From positions 1 to 11,367 of the forward strand of contig JAWBZR010000016.1 in NCBI GenBank assembly GCA_044343545.1: DNA of 11,367 nt, written 5' to 3'. Positions 7,298 to 11,367 of this stretch are shown piece by piece; position 1 is the first letter of the stretch, and the number at the start of each line of letters is the position of its first letter. The notes below the pieces were generated by a model that was not told the origin of the DNA, did not search any database, and worked only from the letters and a program-made list of their open reading frames with translations. Position numbers and translations under genes: made by a program. This DNA is from Candidatus Aenigmatarchaeota archaeon (lineage in GTDB: Archaea > Aenigmatarchaeota > Aenigmatarchaeia > CG10238-14).

Positions 7298-7687
7298 ATG
7301 CTGAAACTATCAAGTTTTTTGGCGATAATGGCTTTACTTTCTTTCTTGACGTTGATTTATTCAAGCTACTTGATTTTTTCAGAATTTTCGAAATTTTCAA
7401 AATTGATGGTTTATTATAACTTTTGTCGAAAGAATGGAGATTATTTTTTGAATACTCCAACAACAGGAAATTTTTGCAAGGAATTAAATGAAATAAGAGA
7501 TATGAGTGATATTAGTTGTGAGTTGGTGTTTGATGGAAAGGCAGAAAGAGAAGCTTGCAATAAATTGAAAAACATCTTGGAGGAAAGATCAATTGATTGC
7601 CTTGAAATGATTTTTAAAAATACATATAATGAAAGACGATATGATGTGAGTAAAGAATGTGAAACTATTTTGAATGCCATCAAATGA
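7298..7687 (+). CDS. Hypothetical membrane-anchored or secreted protein with six cysteines
   Basis: 129 aa with an N-terminal hydrophobic segment and a charged, helical-looking domain. It fills the gap between neighbours and overlaps the convergent ferredoxin gene by 8 bp. Confidence 0.7.
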   Translation: MLKLSSFLAIMALLSFLTLIYSSYLIFSEFSKFSKLMVYYNFCRKNGDYFLNTPTTGNFCKELNEIRDMSDISCELVFDGKAEREACNKLKNILEERSIDCLEMIFKNTYNERRYDVSKECETILNAIK

Positions 7688-7934
7688 GTTTTTTTCCACT
7701 CTCCTTTTCGACTATATGTATCGCATTTACAGGACAAGCATAAGCAGCTTCGAGGTTAATCTCCAAATCTTTTTCATCAATCTCTCTTTCGAAAACATTA
7801 TTGTTCACTTTTTCTCCATCTTTTAAAACCGCCTTGTTTTCCTTGTCAAGGCTCCACATCATCGGCGCAATAGCTACACAAGCAGCGGCTCCTATGCAAG
7901 CATCTCTTTCATAAACTATTTTATATTTCCCCAC
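7680..7934 (-). CDS. Monocluster ferredoxin, probably [3Fe-4S]
   Basis: ERDACIGAAACVAIAP...AAYACPVNAIHI. GTG start preceded by GAGATGAT, 11 bp downstream of the oxidoreductase beta gene. Confidence 0.92.
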   Translation of the reverse strand: MGKYKIVYERDACIGAAACVAIAPMMWSLDKENKAVLKDGEKVNNNVFEREIDEKDLEINLEAAYACPVNAIHIVEKESGKKLI

Positions 7935-7945
7935 AAAACATCATC

Positions 7946-8806
7946 TCAACACATTTCATCTATGAGTTGATCTATATTTATATCTTCTATTTTTTGCTTC
8001 ACCAAAGGCAATTCGGCTATTTGAGGTAGTTCCTCTTCGTAGGTTTTTCTTTCTTCCTTGTAAAACACGCCTATAGGTATTTTATCCCCCCATTCAAGTG
8101 CCTTTTCAAATGCTTTTTGTTTGTTATTTTGCTCATAATTCGGATCTTCCTCAAGCTTGTAAATTCTTTTTTTAAAGAATTCAAAAGTGTTTAGATAGTT
8201 GAATGTAATGCAAGGTTGTAAGACATCTATCAAAGCGAAACCCTTATGTTGAATACCTTGCACTATAAGTTTGGTGAGATGCTGCACATCACCTGCAAAA
8301 CCTCTTGCCACAAAAGAGCAATCCGATGACAGAGCTAAAGCTATAGGATTAATAGGCGGCTCTATCAAGCCATGAGGCGTGGATTTGGTTTTAAATCCCT
8401 TTTCGCTCGTCGGAGAAGCTTGACCTGTAGTTAATCCATAAATTTGATTGTTGTGAACTATGTAAGTAATATCAACATTTCTTCTCATCGCGTGTATAAA
8501 ATGTCCAATTCCAATACCATATCCATCACCATCTCCACCTACGGCTATGACTTTTAGCTTGTGATTTGAGAGCTTTATGGCTTGTGCCACAGGAAGAGCT
8601 CTTCCATGCAAGGAATGAAAGGCATATGTGTTTATCCATTGAGGTAAATGACCGGAGCAGCCTATACCTGAAACTATTACCACTTCATGTTTTGGTAAAT
8701 TTAACTCGACTATGGCATTTTTTATAGCATTTAATATACCCCAATTACCGCATCCAGGGCACCACGTCGGCTTTTCTATCGTGCTTAATTCCTCAAATGT
8801 TGTCAA
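7946..8806 (-). CDS. korB: 2-oxoacid:ferredoxin oxidoreductase beta subunit
   Basis: WCPGCG, SGIGCS, HSLHGRALP, TPP-binding GGDGD...NNQIYGLTTGQASPT and LQPC. TTG start overlapping the alpha gene by 14 bp. Substrate not determined. Confidence 0.95.
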   Translation of the reverse strand: MTTFEELSTIEKPTWCPGCGNWGILNAIKNAIVELNLPKHEVVIVSGIGCSGHLPQWINTYAFHSLHGRALPVAQAIKLSNHKLKVIAVGGDGDGYGIGIGHFIHAMRRNVDITYIVHNNQIYGLTTGQASPTSEKGFKTKSTPHGLIEPPINPIALALSSDCSFVARGFAGDVQHLTKLIVQGIQHKGFALIDVLQPCITFNYLNTFEFFKKRIYKLEEDPNYEQNNKQKAFEKALEWGDKIPIGVFYKEERKTYEEELPQIAELPLVKQKIEDINIDQLIDEMC

Positions 8807-10526
8807 ATATCAACACCTCTTCTACCTTTTCTGCAATTTCTTCAGGCAAGAAAGGCCTTCCATCATATTTTAATATCTTGTAATCCATATCAATCCCAGT
8901 CATTTCTTTTATCACCCCACCTAGTTGCGCGGTTTTGTTGTTTTCGATCAATATCTTTTTTTTGCAATCTTCAAGATGAGATTTCACTTTGTTTGTTGGA
9001 AAAGGAATTATGTAAACTATTTGCAAATATTTTACTTTTAACCCTTTTTTGCTCAATATTTTCATCGCCTCCAATATTGGGCCTTTGGTCGAACCCCAAC
9101 TAACCAACACTACTTCTGCATCTTCATCACCGTAAACCTTTACACCATCTATTTCGCTCTCTAAAACTTTTAGCTTTCTGAACCTCTTGTCCATTTGAAT
9201 GACTCTATTTGAAGGATCTTCTTCCAGCCTTCCATATTCATCGTGCTCATCTGTTGCTGCCTTGAATATTCCATTTTCATTTGAAGGAATACATCTCAAG
9301 GAAACACCAGTAATTGTGTTCTCATATCTTTTGTAATCTTTTAATTGACCATCCGTTTTCAATAAACCTCTATCAATTTTCAAATTTTTTGTGAAGAAAG
9401 GATCTATCGTGAAATGTGATTCGGCTAAAAACTTATCCGTCAATATAATGACAGGCAATTGATACTTTTCAGCTATATTGAATGCGTTAAATGTTTCGTA
9501 AAAACATTCTATCGGGTCTCCCGGAGCAATTACCACTCTTGGAAATTCCCCATTCGAAGCATGCATGACAAATCTCAAATCACTTTGCTCTGTATGTGTA
9601 GGCATGCCAGTTGATGGTCCAGGTCTTTGCGCAAGTACTATTACAAGCGGTGTTTCCGTCATCGCAGCCAAACCCAAAGCTTCCGTCATTAATGCGAAAC
9701 CTCCACCAGACGTTCCTGTCATAGCCCTTACACCAGCAAAACTCGCACCTATTGCCATATGCACCGCTGCTATTTCGTCTTCCGTTTGTTTGACTATTAT
9801 ATTGTAATCATATTCTTTCGATGCTAGATAATGCAAGATAGATGATGCAGGTGTCATGGGATAGGCAGCATAAAATTTACACCCAGCTTTTATAGCACCT
9901 ATTGCGATAGCCTCATTTCCATTTATGTACATTCTTTTTCCTTTTTTGCAAAGCTTTGCTTCTATTTTTTTAATTGTAGGAAAATTTTGTTTGACATATT
10001 CATATCCAGCCTTTGCAACATTCATGTTTAATGAAGAAACATTTTCACCTTTTTTTTCTTTGAAAATTTCTCTTATCACATCAAAAAGAAAGTTAACATC
10101 AACGTTCGTCAATGCGAAGCTCGCACCCAAAGCAACATTATTTCTCATTATGTTTTGCCCACCATTTTCTATGGCTATTTGTGTCAAAGGGACAGGAATC
10201 AAGTTTACATTTTTTATCGTTTCATTCAAGCTAACAGAGTTTTCATCATAAATTATGTAACCATCCTTTCTAACTTCATCTTTGTGTTTCTTCAATGTGA
10301 AATCATTTAGTGCGACTAAAACATCAATCTTTTTATTGTGCGAGTATATAGGTTCATCGCTTATTCTGACAGTATAAGTATTATGCCCGCCTCTTATCAA
10401 TGAGGGGTATTCATTCGTGTCAAAAGCAAAAAATCCTGCTCTAACAAACGATTTGCCAAAAATAAATCCTGTAGTCATTATACCATAACCAGCTTCTCCG
10501 CCGATTTTCCAAGAAAAATCCACCAT
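8793..10526 (-). CDS. korA: 2-oxoacid:ferredoxin oxidoreductase alpha subunit (gamma-alpha fused type)
   Basis: GGEAGYG, YPSLIRGGHN, GNEAIAIGA, YPMTPAS, EDEIAA, TSGGGFALM, QRPGPSTGMPT, WGST, ENN and KYDGRPF. Confidence 0.96.
   Translation of the reverse strand: MVDFSWKIGGEAGYGIMTTGFIFGKSFVRAGFFAFDTNEYPSLIRGGHNTYTVRISDEPIYSHNKKIDVLVALNDFTLKKHKDEVRKDGYIIYDENSVSLNETIKNVNLIPVPLTQIAIENGGQNIMRNNVALGASFALTNVDVNFLFDVIREIFKEKKGENVSSLNMNVAKAGYEYVKQNFPTIKKIEAKLCKKGKRMYINGNEAIAIGAIKAGCKFYAAYPMTPASSILHYLASKEYDYNIIVKQTEDEIAAVHMAIGASFAGVRAMTGTSGGGFALMTEALGLAAMTETPLVIVLAQRPGPSTGMPTHTEQSDLRFVMHASNGEFPRVVIAPGDPIECFYETFNAFNIAEKYQLPVIILTDKFLAESHFTIDPFFTKNLKIDRGLLKTDGQLKDYKRYENTITGVSLRCIPSNENGIFKAATDEHDEYGRLEEDPSNRVIQMDKRFRKLKVLESEIDGVKVYGDEDAEVVLVSWGSTKGPILEAMKILSKKGLKVKYLQIVYIIPFPTNKVKSHLEDCKKKILIENNKTAQLGGVIKEMTGIDMDYKILKYDGRPFLPEEIAEKVEEVLIFDNI
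8814..8819 (-). promoter_or_regulatory. Shine-Dalgarno GAGGTG for korB
   Basis: It lies 7 nt upstream of the TTG at 8806, inside the korA 3' end. Confidence 0.65.
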
Positions 10527-10564
10527 ATACTAACAAATATGAATTCTTCCCTAAAAATAATTTT

Positions 10565-10993
10565 CTATTTTATATTAACAAAATCACCCACCTTAATACC
10601 GTTTTCTTTAGTAAAGTTTGCATTTACTTCTATAACATATTTTGTCGGGTGCAGGGAAGAATAAACAGGGCAAGAATCTTCGATGCACGGTTGAATATTT
10701 TCTTTTATTTCATTTATTGTTCCATTTGCCGAGATGAAAATCATATCCAAAGGAATTAAAGTGTTTTTCATCCAAAAGCTTACATTCATTTCTTGATCAA
10801 AAACAAAAAGCATCCCTCTATTTTTGGCCAAGTTCTTCCTGAACATCAAGCCTTTAATTCTCTCATCATCTTCATCTGCAACTTCCACATATACCCTTAC
10901 AACTTTTCCCTCGGTAGTGTAAATTTCCACGATCCTTTCAATGCAACCGCTTAAGAAGATTGCGAGCAAAATGATGAAAATTTTACTTAGCAT
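10565..10993 (-). CDS. DUF192 family lipoprotein
   Basis: VEVAD...GLMFR...GMLFVF...FWMKNTLIPLDMIFI...YVIEVNA, with lipobox-like LSGC. Its start overlaps the tpiA stop by 11 bp. Confidence 0.93.
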   Translation of the reverse strand: MLSKIFIILLAIFLSGCIERIVEIYTTEGKVVRVYVEVADEDDERIKGLMFRKNLAKNRGMLFVFDQEMNVSFWMKNTLIPLDMIFISANGTINEIKENIQPCIEDSCPVYSSLHPTKYVIEVNANFTKENGIKVGDFVNIK

Positions 10994-11366
10994 ATTTTAT
11001 CATTTCTCTCAAAACCTTTTCTGGATTTTTCGATTTGACGATAGCAGAGCTTACGAGAACACCAACCGTTCCCAACTCCATCGCTTTTTTCACATCTTCC
11101 CCTTTACTTATTCCCGCGCCACAAATCACTTTAATGCTTTCATCAATTCTCTTCACTACGTTTACAACATCAGATATGATCTTCGGTTTTACTTGAGATA
11201 CTGCTATTCCAGTTTCTATCAATTCTGGAGGTTCGATTGCTATGTAATCAGGTTTTATTTTTGCGCATAGAGAAGCCATTCTTTTGTCGGCAACACATAC
11301 TATGGATTTAATATTCGCTCTTTTACAAGCTTCCACACATTTCTTTACATTTTCAAAACTTAATCT
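10983..11366 (-). CDS. tpiA: Archaeal-type triosephosphate isomerase, C-terminal part (5' end outside the window)
   Basis: IAIEPPELIETG, ICGAGI, GVLVSSAIVKS. The frame stays open to the window edge (RLSFENVKKCVEACK...). Confidence 0.92.
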   Translation of the reverse strand, partial: RLSFENVKKCVEACKRANIKSIVCVADKRMASLCAKIKPDYIAIEPPELIETGIAVSQVKPKIISDVVNVVKRIDESIKVICGAGISKGEDVKKAMELGTVGVLVSSAIVKSKNPEKVLREMIKYAK

Positions 11367-11367
11367 A

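Noticed and set aside
7376..7402. Three imperfect 9-bp repeats (ttttcagaa/ttttcgaaa/ttttcaaaa)
   Set aside because: A low-complexity coding repeat (FSEFSKFSK), not CRISPR-like or regulatory.
7078..11270. ORFs 7078-7293, 7441-7737, 9565-9807, 9925-10251 and 10941-11270
   Set aside because: They are antisense to better-supported genes and carry no motifs.

Overview
Gene-dense, AT-rich archaeal chromosomal segment. The archaeal assignment rests on the TIP49, archaeal-type TpiA and DUF131 genes and on TATA-like boxes; a DPANN (possibly Aenigmarchaeota-like) origin is only an inference. From left to right it contains: the 3' end of a fibre protein with a peptidase S74 chaperone domain, a secreted HExxH-x18-E metallopeptidase, a lipobox alpha/beta hydrolase, DUF131, a YdjM-like membrane hydrolase, a Zn-ribbon/Hsp20-fold gene tightly coupled to a TIP49 (Rvb/RUVBL) AAA+ ATPase, a Yip1 protein, a polytopic membrane protein, a six-Cys membrane-anchored protein, and a minus-strand run of partial tpiA, DUF192, 2-oxoacid:ferredoxin oxidoreductase alpha and beta, and a ferredoxin. 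I saw no RNA genes, CRISPR arrays or mobile elements. The best leads are the Hsp20-fold/TIP49 pair as a possible minimal R2TP-like chaperone module and the non-phage S74 fibre next to exported hydrolases. All family calls come from reading motifs by eye, not from database searches.
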